This document shows, in pieces, positions 50,170 to 63,017 of a stretch of DNA of 64,000 bases (position 1 is its first letter; every line of letters begins with the position of its first letter). The DNA lies in assembly GCA_008632985.1 (NCBI GenBank), contig QPGO01000083.1, forward strand, positions 223,075 to 287,074, read 5' to 3'. The notes under the pieces were generated by a model. It was given only the letters and a program-made list of their open reading frames with translations, searched no databases and was not told where the DNA came from. The position numbers and the translations under genes were made by a program. Source of the stretch: Psammoneis japonica (lineage: Eukaryota).

Positions 50170-51713
50170 ATGATGAACTCTGAATCAAGCCAAGAACATG
50201 CAGACGATATGTGCAAAGCATGCGGGATACCACGTGGGTGGATTGGAGCTACCGGTGTTCCCCTTGAGGCCGGTGTTTACCCTGAACCTGAAAGATCACT
50301 AAGGTCGTGCTCCGCTTGCGGTCACTATTACAACAAATTGTCATTACCAGAACCACAAGCAGATCGTTTGATTGCCTGTTGCCTTGCTCGCGATTGGGAT
50401 GAAGCACTTGAATGTGTAACTGCTGCACCGCATGCCGCGAAATGCATTTCGAGTGTCAACGGCATTACTCCGATGCAAATGGCAATCCAACACCGAGCTC
50501 CGCTAGCTCTTATTCGAGCTCTTGTCAGCGCTTGGCCAGAGTGTTACGTTGTCGATGAATTCGAATTTTACCGCGATCCCCTTTTTTACGCAATCCTCGA
50601 ATTTGGACTCTCTGAATACACATACAATTTGATGGAGATTTTTGTTGAGGCCGATAACAACGTCCTTCTTGACGTATCGTACATGGTAACTCTTATCGGG
50701 CATATCTGTCGCACTTTTTCTCAAAAGTTTATAGAGGCTTCTGAACTTCCAGCATCACTTCCCATAAATGACGTTCTGGCCTATCACAATGAAGAAAGTG
50801 GAATTGATGCAGGCGAGATTGAGCTGGCTTTTCGGCACCTAACGTTACTAGTCAAGGCGGAATACCACCAGTCCATTCATGTGCACGATTTTTCTCTCGT
50901 GCATGCTATTGCTGGCTGCCGTGATCCGTTGCTGCGGCCAGCGGGTTTGTTGGACCTTGCTATTCGTTTCCATCGACAAGAGCTCGAACAAGTGGATTTG
51001 CATGGAAACTCTCCTCTCCATGTCGCTTCATCGACCACTAACCGTAACAAGAACGAATATGTTGATTACCCGAGTCCACCTTACTGGTTGGATGAGAGTC
51101 AAATTCCAGATTGCATTTATGATTTGTTTTCCAGAAAATTTGATGGATATGGGTTTTACTGTGATTTTTATGATTACCTTCAAGCGAATTGCCGTTGCGT
51201 CGAGTGTAAGTGTTCCGAAAAGACTGACGAAATGGGTTGCACGCAATGCTTTCACAAGTATTACAAAGAAACAGAGTGCACCTGCTCTGAGGAGGAATTC
51301 AACGAGTGCTACACTTCTGGTGATGAAATCTTCGATAGATACTTTTTACCAAAGATGAGCAACGAGCACCGATGGACAAAGAGTCCGAGATTCAAATGCT
51401 TGCAGAGGCATGTCCCAACTCTGCCCGCCTCTATAACAATAGTGGCGAGCTCCCCATACATTGCGCCATTGCGTGTGGGAAGGTTTGGGATGGAGGAATC
51501 AACCATCTTGTCAAAGCATTCCCAGAGTCCTTGGCGTTGAAGCATAAGGGCTTGCACCCATTCGCGTTTGCGGCTCTGGGTGAGAAGTCGGATCTCGACA
51601 CGGTTCTAGAATTATTACTCGCTGATCCTTCTCTGGTCAAGTGTGCAGTGCCTGACTGTGCTGCCGCTATTTCTCCACAGCAGTGCTCAAGCAAGAAACG
51701 TAAGCACGAATGA
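50170..51713 (+). CDS. Ankyrin-repeat-like protein with N-terminal CxxC...CxxC; possible intron 51206-51354 (otherwise a frameshift)
   Basis: GITPMQMAI, GNSPLHVA, GELPIHCAI, LHPFAFAA; removing GTAAGT...AAAG joins ORF 50155-51540 in frame to ORF 51372-51713. Confidence 0.7.
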
Positions 51714-51799
51714 GTCGTCCGGATAAAATAGAGCAGATTTGATTCATTGCTTAATGGTGGAAGACATTGCTTCGTGATAAATCTGATGCGTTGCAGAAA

Positions 51800-54700
51800 T
51801 GGTTAACCATGGACTATCTTAAACACATGACAGACAGGTGGTGGAGGAGAACATTCACTCACCGCACGTCAATGCTGTGTGGAATGTTTGCAACTCTCTG
51901 CCCAAGTCTCGTCAAAGTGTGTGGGCATGGAGCACTTCCGAAGTGTGACCCCAGTTTCAAAACAGTCAAGATGAAGTGCATTGTGGTCATTTGCTTTCCT
52001 CCATCAACACCATTGATGGATCAATTCACAGTTGCTCCCTGTCATTCCTTGGCACAGTCTTGCTGTTCCATGCTTGGGCACTCATGCATTCACAACCTTG
52101 TTGCTTTGTTGCCACACGCACAGCCATTTTGGAGCAACAGATGTTGAAGCCATCTCACCTCTGAGAATTTCATGCTGGCCATTTAGTTGCATCAACCATC
52201 ATGGAAATCAACTGCAAGCTTTGACAAGAGAGGAGGAAACTTCCTTTTCACACCAATGTCACCCTGTTGAATGACTTTCCATGTCCAGCACAGTTGAAAA
52301 GTCCATTCTTCTTGTGCATTGTTCCCTTGTTTTACTCAGTCTGATCTGAGTCTTTTTTCCAACTTAGATGAATTGTTGGATTGCACTGCACAAAGCACAT
52401 GTGCTCACCCACGATCTGCTGCTTTCAACCAGTTCCTGCAGTCTGAACAGCAGAAGTTGGTCTTTTTTTTTTTGGCAAAGAATGCAGCGCCCCGTGGCCC
52501 TGGATCCAGACTTGCTGCCAGCATTTGGACACACTCAATGAACCGGCATGCCTTGACAGTTCTTGGTTCTTGATCCAGACTCACTGCCCCAGCATTTGGA
52601 CACACTTGAGGAACTGGCATGCCTTGACAGTTCTTGGTGCTTTTGAAGTGCTTGCCAGCAAAATCTCAGTCAGCAGTCTTGAAGGCCTTGCAGGAGTCAC
52701 CAGTGGCATTGATGCAGGTGCTCTTGTTCTGCTCATGGATGATTGTTTTTGTTTTGCAAGCCTCTCAAAAATCCTCAATGATGCGAGCAGTGGTTTGCAG
52801 AATGTCAAAGCATGACGGGTGTGGCCACAACCCTTCTCCAGAAAATTGCACTTGTCCACCAGATCGGGGCTCATCAGGAAGTTCTGAGCTCTCTTGTTGT
52901 GTGCATCAGACAATGCTGTCATTTGCATGTGGTCAAATGACTTTGCACCTGCAGAATCATCAGGAATGCAAGTGGCTTGGGCTTGACAATGTTGAGTCTT
53001 AATGTTGGGTCCACATTTCAACATTCTAACAGCTGCCATGCATTGGAATGATTCTGTCACACACTGGAAGAGGCAAGTTCTTGGTTTTGTGAGAGTTGTG
53101 CATCACAGTGTTCCAGTCATCATTGTTTTAATTCCACTGGGATGATGCTGGCTCTCGTGTGCCCCCCTGTCATTGCACTGGCACTTGAAGTTGTTGTTCT
53201 TTTAATTCTTCTGCTGGCACACACACTCTTTTGGGCTTGTTCACTCCAATTGTTGTGCTTCCATTCATTTTTCTTTAAATTCTGCTGATGTGCCAACTCT
53301 CATGTGTCCCCCTCTCTGCCACAATCCTCATCAAATCCTTTTTCTCATGGCAAACAAAGAACAGAAGAAATGTTGTGCAAGCACTGAATGACACATTGCA
53401 CAGAAGTGCACAACAGCAGCAGTTTTGCACAAACTCTCATGTGTCCCTCCCACCACAATTCTCATCAAATCCTTTTTCTGCACTGAGCTTCACGACTTGG
53501 CAATCATCATCATGTGCAAGCTTCTTGTTGAGTGAATCAAGTGGAAACTTGCAAAGGCTGTCAACATCTGCAACTCTAAAAATGTTTCCAGTGGTGCCTC
53601 ATTTTGGTGAAGGAAATGAAAAACATGCGGTCACCAATGGACTTGCATGAGCACAAAAGTGTGGCAGAGACACTTCGTGGCATGCACAAAGGTCGCGCAC
53701 TAGTTTCACAAACTCTGCCAGCAGCTTTTATGATGGGTTGTGCCTGGTGAAACTCCAACCATCCCTGTCACTTTGTTGTGAGCATGGCCTTCCACGGATG
53801 CAGAAGCTGATGCTGTTCTGGCTTGACATGAATGGATCAGACACTTCAGAAGAAAAAGCTGGTTTCTTCATTTTCTTCTGCAATGACAGCTGCTTTTTCT
53901 TTGCAGTGGGTCTCGAAAGTGAGGCAACAGCAATGGAAGGGTCATTGCTGCTTTCAGCCACAACAACACTTGATGATGATGATGATGAGAGTGAATGCAA
54001 ATAAATCACCTTGTCAACTTTCTGCAACCCAACAGGGACGTCACTCATCCCAATGTGCAAGAGTGATGCATTTGAGACCTTGGAACAACCTTGCTGTTTG
54101 TCAAGATGCTGCAGCCTTGTCTTGCATTGAAGAACCTTGAACTGACACATTCCAGCAGCAAGTGAACCAAAAAGTGCACAAAAACAACATTGGCGTGATT
54201 TTTAGCACATGGTCTCTGACTTGCGAATGAGCTTTCACCACCAAAAGCATGGATTCACACAAATGCAAATGTTTTGCAACACTGACAAGACTTGTGTCAG
54301 TGTTGCAACGTCATTGTTTTTGTGCAATCAAACAATGGATGATTTTTGCCAAAACATTTGAAGATTCATGTGCCATTGCTGTTTGAAGGCTGACATGAAA
54401 CATTTGTGCATGCTTTTTGTCGCATCAATCTGTTTCTTTTGCACAAAAATTTCTGCATTGTGAGTGCTGATGCACAGTCAGTGTTGTTTTTGCACAAAAG
54501 TTTTGTCACACATGAGTCATGAAGACTTGAACACCCATGAAAAAAATGTTTGAATGTTCATGCTCTGATCAAATGTAAAAGCCAGAATGCACAAGTGTTT
54601 TAATGAACAGCCCAAATGCATGAAGCTCACACAAATTGTGTTCAAAACAGATTGTCATTTTGTGGGTCACCCGGGGCTGGAACACGTCAATTGAAGGATG

Positions 54701-55290
54701 TGTCATCAAGTCAATGAAAGGTGAGTGTGTCAACGTTGGTGAGGCATCACCGCTCACTTTTCGCAAAAAGTTCATGGTTGATTTCAAGTTGCGCTTGAGA
54801 CTTGAGATCCCATCAGATGCAAGGTCAAACTCTCATGAGCTTCTTTGATCCAACCTTGAATGTGAGCATGTTGCTGGAGTCATCCCCCCGTGTTTGTCCC
54901 AAAATTGCTGGTGCATTTGAACAAGGTTTTTTGCAGTGTTTGTTTTTGAACAGAAGAGTTGTTCACAGCCACACTCAAGTTGAGCACAAAAACAAGAACC
55001 ATCAGCACTGTGATCAAAGCACAATGATGCGATGATGACAATCATCAACATGTCTCAAAAACACAATTTGCCATCTGCCCAATTTTCATGTGCACACAAT
55101 CTTTGACACACAACAAACACAAAATAAATGAGAGTTGGCAGACGGACCTCCTCCGTCACAGACTTGCTTGTGGCTTGTTTTCACCACTGCAGCAAAGCAC
55201 GGAGAAATTCAGGTGAGAAATCATGCAAAACATGAAGCCATTTGTCCAAGTTCAAGCTGAAAAAGTGGCAACCGACCGGCCTTAAGTGCA
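51800..55290. mobile_element. Decayed repeat cluster, including a ~71-bp tandem duplication at ~52520-52640
   Basis: TpA and CpG depletion; CAGCATTTGGACACACT...GGCATGCCTTGACAGTTCTTGGT twice; holds the copy of the 8630-9113 repeat. Confidence 0.6.
54230..54690. repeat. Copy of the 8630-9113 repeat
   Basis: Direct co-linear similarity. Confidence 0.85.
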
Positions 55291-55329
55291 GCACTTGCAC
55301 ACCGTAAGGCACACAGGGGCCGCCAATCC

Positions 55330-56250
55330 AGTGTTTGTCATTTGTTGTTCAGTGGCGCATGGTGTTCTTGTGGACTGTGGAGGAGAACTGGGAGTGGCCG
55401 TGGAGTGAGTCAATCATGTGGGAGCACGTGAGAGCACTTGCTTCAGAGTCATGAGCTGTGGACTCTGTTGGATGAGGGATGGGCAGTCCCAAAAATTTGA
55501 TTGAGAGGGTGGATGGGGCCAGTCTCAGGTCATTGGTGGCTGGGGTCTCCCCAATCAGCACCAGCAGAAAATTGCGCTGTGTTGCGTGCTCTGTGTCGGC
55601 GAATGGTTCGTCACAGTTCTTTGCTGCATGCTGGACACATTGCTGCTGGTGTTGCAGGCACTTCTGCAGACTGGCACAGGCAGTCTGAGGGTGGTGAATT
55701 GTGATCTTGGCAAGTCCCTGGATGACCAAGATTCATGACTCAGCTCTTTCAGCTGGCCAACGGTCGCGCGCGTCTGTCTCTCCGACGAAGCTTCCGAGGC
55801 AGTGGCTGCCAGACTTGACAGCAAAGCCTGGATCTCCAAAGCATGCTCTGACATTTTCCAGGTTGCATTCTGGGACTGCTGTGATGTTCTTGGAGTTGTT
55901 GGCAGGGCAGCATCCGTGTTTGGGGCCTTGGGCTCAGAGAGTCAGGAGGAAAAAATCCCGCAGGATGTTGAATTTTCCCGTGCTGCTGCAGAGTCATTGG
56001 TGCACCAAGGGGTGAATGCATCTTTGAAATGCTCACTCATCTCATGGACCAGTGGAAGAAGTCCTGGCCTGCACGCTGCCATGCCAAGTGGACCGCCCTG
56101 TGCGACGCCTTCTTTGCTGAACAAAATGAAGGCGGTTCCGAAGTTCCCCCGGAGGATGATCAGGACACTCCAACACTTGTGCAGCTGTTGAAGGTGAACC
56201 TTGCACCGGATGGCCAAAGGTGCCTTACGTTGTGTGGCATTAGAATCCTG
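55330..56250 (-). mobile_element. Non-LTR retrotransposon (CRE/R2-like) RT remnant
   Basis: SKEGVAQGGPLGM...GLLPL...PWCTNDSAA corresponds to QGDPL...WYADD; downstream LGLPIPHP. Confidence 0.75.
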
Positions 56251-56581
56251 TTCTCTTCGTTGAACCCGTTGGAGGCGTCGACAAAAAGAAATCCGTAGTC
56301 GTCTTCGAACTCATAAACTGCATTTTTCGTCAATTAGCAATGGAATTTCGCCGAAAATAATACGAAAAACAACAAACACTACATCATGCTGTAGAAGTGC
56401 GCGCTGGACACTTCGATTTCAGATTGCATCAACGACGCCTGTAATCGGGAATAACGTCAAACTTCAACCTTGCTTCAACTGACAACTGACCTTTTGACTT
56501 TCATTGCGATGACTGCTGATTGCGTGTTGTTGCTGTCAGCTTTCTTGTTGCTCGTTGTAAGAGACTCGCATTCCCATCATC

Positions 56582-59500
56582 ATGAGCGCCGAGTTAAAGC
56601 CTAATGGTACTGATGGCATCAGTAGTGGTGGCGTTCCGAGCGGAGGATTGACCATTACGGTTCCAAGAAAAGCGTCTGATGATGATCGTAGAGACTCGTC
56701 AATGGAGAATATTTCCGCAGTCACCATGGTCTCGGATAATTCGATTTCTCGACTCTCCTTCTCACAAGGATCCTTATCCGATTCGAATTTTCCAAAGCGA
56801 CACAGCAGTGACTTGTCAAGTGAGGCAGAGCTAAAGAAATTGAAACCGGCAAATTTCCGTGAATCAAGGAGGAAGATTGAAATGTCTCTTCCAGTCAGCA
56901 GACTGCAGTTTTCTTCCTTAGGTTTAGTTGGTCGAGATGAAGAAAAGACTCTCTTGAAAACGTGTTTGAAAAAAGTCGCGCCTCAGGATCCGCCTGGGAG
57001 TCGAGAGCTTGTACTTTTGTCGGGTGATGCTGGATGCGGGAAAACTGCCCTTGCTTCCTCCCTTCAGAAATCAGTAAAGAAGCTTGATGGGCTGTACGTG
57101 AAAGGCAAGTTTGATCTGTACCAACGGGATGAACCGTATTCCGGTATTGCTGCTGCCTTTCGAGAGATTTGCGGTGCAATTTTGTCGCTGAGGGGTAACG
57201 AATCCTTTGATCAGATTCGAAGCGAGCTCATTGAAAAGCTGGGGCCCGAGAATCTTTCTGTGTTAACCAATATCGTTGGGGAACTAGCGGAGATTGTTGG
57301 TGACGTCTTAATCAATGAAAGTATGGTGGAACAGAGTAGCGAAGAAACGAAAGCCCGCTGCAATTATGCCTTCCGGATTCTCGTTCGAATTGTAGCGAGC
57401 AGATTTGTACCTCTCGTCATTCTTCTCGATGACATTCAGGTACGCCCGGGAAAATTCGTTGTATACTATTCAGATTCGTACTCTTACTTTGTCATTATCC
57501 GGTCGTTGCCAGTGGGCCGATGCTGCGACACTCGACTTACTACAAGTACTCATTTCGGATCGAGACAACCCCAGCTTAATGGTGATTGGGGTATACAGAT
57601 CGAAAGAGGTGGATGATGCTCACCCGTTGACCCCTCGTATTCGAGAGCTGAAACGGGGAGAGGAGCGAGATGAATATAAAGTCACTGAAGTTGAAATTGG
57701 TGACCTGAATTTGTCTCAGACCAATGAGTTTCTCATGCGACTCCTGTCGGTTGACGATCCCTCGATAACGGTCGGCTTGGCAAGCGTGTGTTACAAGCGA
57801 ACTCGTGGGAATGCATTCTCGTTGGTTGTCTTTTTGGAGATGCTACACGAAGAGGGACTCCTGGCGTACAACATTGCGAGATTTTCTTGGGCATGGGACG
57901 TTGAGGAAGTCCTGTCTGCCACCGCTGCGACTTCAAATGTCGTCGACCTGATGAAGCAAAAGATTGAAAGACTGCCCACGTCTGTTTCTCGGCGACTTTC
58001 AATCGCATCGTGTCTGGGATTCTCGTTTGAACCGACGGTTTTGGCTACGGTGTGGTCAAATATCGAAGAAGCGGGTGGTACCCGTGATAGTGAGTCCGTT
58101 GATGATGAGGAAGATATGAACTCATTCCTGAGGCTCGTCGAACAAGATGGCTTCCTCGAACGAGAGGAATCTGCCGGCGACACGTCGTATCGATGGGTCC
58201 ACGACAAGGTACAAGAGGCTACAATGTCGATTGTTCCCACTGACGAGCTTTCAAGGTTAAAGACTCAGGTAGGCAAGGTCCTTATCGACACAGCCGTCGA
58301 CAAAGAGAACAATTCGTACATTTTTACGGCTGTTACCTTATTGAGCGAAGGAGGCCTTCCTGACGAAGAGTCAAGTCGAATCCAAATTGCCGAGCTTAGC
58401 TTGCTGGCTGCCAAGAAGGCCAAGGGTCAATCCGCATTTGAAAGTGCCGGGAAATATGCTGGTATCGGGATCGCATCCTTGCCAGTGAATAAGTGGTCGA
58501 CTCACTATGATTTGACCTTGGATTTGTATTCGACAGCAACAGAAGTAGCAGGATACTTGGGAAACGCGGAAGTTTTGGAAAAGTGCTTCGACGAAGTTCT
58601 GTCTCAACAAGGCCGACCTCTGTACGACAAACTGCGAGCCTATCGAGCGATGATTAGTTACATGATCGGCGCCTTCGGACGACAGAAAGATGCTATGAAT
58701 CTTATTCTGAAGATTCTTTCTCAGCTTGGAGTTAAGTTTCCGAAGGGAAAGACCACTCGAATCTTGTCGACTATTTTAGGACTTCAAAAAGCCAGAAGAA
58801 CTTTGTCTTCCTTCGAGCCCGGCGAAATCAGGAACATGCCTGTGATGGACGACCCCATTCATTTTGAGATAATGCGTCTGCTGGATCAGCTCTTTACCGC
58901 CGCATATATGTCCAAATCTGATATGTTACCGTTATCAATCCTCGCAAGTTTCCAACTCACAATGAAGCATGGTCTCAGTGAGTATGCGGCACCTGCATTC
59001 GCCTGTATTGGTTTGTTACTGGGTGCTGCGTTGGGGGACTTTGCATTAGCAACAAAGACTGGGAGTATAGCGAGAATCACAATGACAGTTGTCGATTCGA
59101 GAAATATGGAAGCTCAAACCGAGTTTTGGCTAAATGGTTTCGTCTTTTGTTGGACAGATCTCAGTGCAAGAATGACATCTCGTTTCTTGAAGTCGTACGA
59201 GACTGGTCTCTCAACCGGTGATAACGAATACGCCTGTTGGGTAAGTGCATTGATGGTTTGTATCAACGTTGCTCTTCCATTTAGAACTCACAGTACTGTG
59301 CAACTTTCTAAACGTTGTGATAAAGTCAATTGCGTTTTATTTAGATTATGTTTTCATGACTGGAAAGCCTCTTGCGATCGTGGAAGCCGACTGTAAGATC
59401 TACCTCAAGCAGATGATAGAGTTTAAACGCGAGGTAGCCCACGCTGGTACGTCCGAGCAAGTTTCTTGCCAATTATTCATGTTGTACTCTAACTATGCCA

Positions 59501-60226
59501 TTTTGACTCGTTACAGATATGAGTATCTTTTTTGAAATGATTCGGAACTTGATAGGACGGTATGAGGGCGACGCAACTGTAATCACAGGTGCGCAACGCT
59601 TCCTTTCACACAGTGATCATTTTGTCCATGTTTGGTTCTACTCTTGCCAAAGCATTCTATACATGTACTTTGGGGATGATGAGAAAGGTGCAGACCTAGC
59701 CATTGAAAGAGGAGACGCTTACGCAAAAGGAGTTCCTGGCCAAATGTGGAATATGATCGATGCCTTTGCACGAGGAATGCCGTTGTATGCTATGGCGAGA
59801 AAGACGAAAAAACGCAGGTACAGAAACCATGCGAAGAAGGTTCATAAGATCATCAAATCTTGGGTTCGAAAAGGGAATCCAAATGTCCAACACTATGACC
59901 TCTTAATGGACGCAGAATCTGCCGCGCTCGGCAGGAAACTGGACACAGCAAAAAGGTGCTATCTTGCGGCTATTGTATCAGCGACACGACAAGGGTACAT
60001 TCACGAGAGTGCGTTTGCGTGTGAGCGTTATGGTGAGTTCTTGCTGGACGAAGCGAACGATCGGGAGGAAGCAGAACACCAGCTTGCTACTGCGGTACAA
60101 CGTTATGGGGAATGGGGCGCTTTGCGGAAAGCGAGGTTGCTACGTGAGAAACACAAAGACTTGTTGTGGCGCGAGGAGAAGCCCTTGGAAGAAGTTGTGG
60201 TTCACCCTGGCAAAGAAAATGGCTAG
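56582..60226 (+). CDS. P-loop AAA ATPase (AAA_16/STAND-like) with helical TPR-like C-terminus, multi-exon
   Basis: Walker A GDAGCGKT, GKFD...PYS, Walker B LDDIQ|WAD across intron 57440-57512, T.GN, WVHDKVQEA, YGEWGA..K; further introns near 59241 and 59448. Confidence 0.88.
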
Positions 60227-60299
60227 GAAACTTGCAGAAAAACAATGCTAGTTAGAGCGTAATGTTTTGTTAACCATTATTGTACATTTTGGTAACCCG

Positions 60300-62344
60300 A
60301 CTATCAGAACCTTGCACACAATGTTCCCTGGTCAATCATGAGCCAGTTTTCCGTGTGGCAAACATGCAGTGGTGCTTTTCTGACCGGCTGCACCTCATCA
60401 AACCAAGTGCAGAATGTGCGGTGCAGACACGGTTCTTTGTGTCAGCAGGCACCATTATGTTGTCATTCAAGCAGGTGCGCAGAAGTGGGATTGCCAAAAC
60501 TCAGCAAAGTGTTCCATCATTCTGATGTCAACGTCCAATGTTTGTGGCCACTTTCTCAAAGAGCCAGTTGTTGGACAATTCAATGCCATCTTCCAGTGCA
60601 CATTTGACAGGTCCATGCAAAATTTAGGAGCTCCACCACTTGTGGACAGCATTGCACAGGCCAGCTCCAGGGCCTGTCACCCAGGCTCTCATTGATGTGT
60701 GGCCTGAGAGTGGATCTTCTGATCACCACAGCACTTTCAATGGCATGTGGGGGTGGTCATTTCCATCCAACCCCAAGGTTGGTGGTCCCAAACTCTCTGA
60801 GCATTGGAGAGATGCATTCTCAAAACAGTGGCAAGGGTGAGATGGACTCAGCATTTCAGCATCTTTCTCTTCTTCTCATGCTGGATTTCTGTGAGTCTGC
60901 CACTGTTGGTCCTTTCCATTTGCTTCACTTGACAGTTTGTTTCCGTAAACTCAATGGAGAGCAGGTGCATGAAACAGATGCTGATGTCAGCCCTGCATGT
61001 CTGTCTGTGCCGGCTTCTTTACAAACCTGATTTATTCACATCGGAATGGTCTGCTGCCCCACACAGCAGTTTGTCTGCCATCCTAAACACGGAGAAGACT
61101 GGTTGCCAGTTGGACAAGAAGTGGACAATCACAGTGCTTTTGCCAGATGCTTGTCTCAAATCTGCCAGTTTTTGAAACAAGCTTGGGGAGCTGCTCTGAT
61201 TCACTGTGCCTGTTCTGCTGAATGGGTGTGGGGCACAGAAGTCAAGTGTTTTGTCAACTCATGCACTGAGACACTGGTGACCAAGCAACACAAGTGCTTG
61301 TGGGGCTCTGTGGCTGAGAGTGCAAATCCAGATGTGGTCATTTAAAAACTTTTTCTTGCAGATTCACATGTTGTTGTCGCACCAGAACAACCTTTGTCAG
61401 CGGTGCTTCAATCGTGAATGATGCCTTGCAGAGTTGACTCTCTCACGCCATCTGCTCTTTGACTGCACAGTGCACTTCTGTTGGCTGATGCTGTTGCAGA
61501 AGCATGTCCTGCCACTTGCTCTAAAGCGGGGCCCTTTGCTTTTCGCTGTCCAACAGAGGGGGCTTGTGGCTTGCAGCTTGACTCCAGATTGCACGCAGCG
61601 AAGTTTTTTTTTGCTGTTCAAAAATTTTGACACAAAAAAGACATGTCAAAAATTGATGTCTTCAATTGTGAGAGCTGCAAAGCAAGAGCAAAGTCCTGAA
61701 ACATTGGGTTCCCCAAGCAATTTGTGTGGCATGCAAATCTGTGTGAAACTTCCAAACTCTGACTTTGAACAACATCATGTTTGTCAATTGACAAATCTTT
61801 GTGCACAAACACAGAAAATGGACAGGGAAAATCACACAAAACAGCCGCTTTTTTGCTTGAGTGACAAACTGGCTTTTAACAGCAAACATTTGCTTTTCAC
61901 TCTCTCTGACCAATGTTTTGCATCTGTCTGATTTTGTTCAGCTGGCTCATCAAGAGCTTTCCAATGATGTGCCCCTGTTTGTCATTTGTGAGAACAAAAG
62001 TTTGCACAGACACATGCTGCTCCAGAGCATGTGTCTGTGCATTTGTGCAGCTTTTGTGCAAGTTGAATTGCAGAGGGATGTTGTTAGACACAAAACATTT
62101 GTCATGCCTGCCAAATTGATGGACAACCATTGGAGGCACATTTTGCTGGTGCAAACGTGCAGAATTTCACACAGCTGCACAGATGGTCTGCCTCTGGAGA
62201 AGGTCTGTGCAGGTGAGAGTGCACAGGAGGTCTCTGGAGGGGGTCTGTGCACAAGTGGGGACACAGGTCATGGGGTCTGTGGCGCAATCCTGAAAAGAAG
62301 TTGGCTGCTTCTGACGCGCCTCCTCGACAGCGACAGATCAGAGC
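60300..62344. mobile_element. Decayed TpA/CpG-depleted repeat DNA, unclassified
   Basis: Composition and Tyr-free ORFs. Confidence 0.5.
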
Positions 62345-62973
62345 TCTTGACAGCTTGTCCAGCTTTGGACATGACAGCTCCAAGTTTCCACATTTTTTGT
62401 GAACTCTTTCTGATGCTGTGCCCATCACTTGGCCTTGTTGTTGGATTGCCATGGCTGTCTGCTGCAGAAGTGGCATTTTTGTTGAGGAAATCTGTCCCAG
62501 GGATGAGATGGCTCATGTGTGGCGAGGGAGACCCTGTGCAGAACAAAACAACAATGAGGAAAGACACTGCACATGTGAGTTTTCAAGAATGTAAACATGT
62601 GAGGCCTCAATGAAACACACAGTGTGAATGGTGATGCACAAGGCTCGTCAATGGACAGCTGGGTGATGATGTTGTCAGCACAAACCTTGACAAGATTTTT
62701 CACCATCAGCTGCCCATGTGAACCTGTGTGTTCTCGAGCTGTCACATGCCTTGTGCCATGACGTGTGATGTTCCATTGAGATTTCACAACAAAACACTTC
62801 AGAGACGACCACATTTTTGAAATCGGTGAAACGCCATTGCCTCTGTGTTATTTTGATCCGCGAGCCAGAAAACACTCCCCAAAATCCAAAATTGCTCTAT
62901 CGGGTGCAGAGCAAAATGTCCTGGGTTGTACCAGGCCACGTAGAAAATGAACGGGCTGAGAACTCCGGTAGTA
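62345..62973. repeat. Copy of the 880-1808 repeat, ending ...GAGAACTCCGGTAGTA
   Basis: Co-linear similarity; the terminal part keeps TpA. Confidence 0.8.
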
Positions 62974-63017
62974 TCTTACCCATCATAATATCCCCCAAAG
63001 TGAGGCAAGATCCAACC

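Noticed and set aside
20672..60226. A host gene here as the editing enzyme
   Set aside because: I saw no HxE...PCxxC deaminase motif or methyltransferase motif in the predicted proteins.
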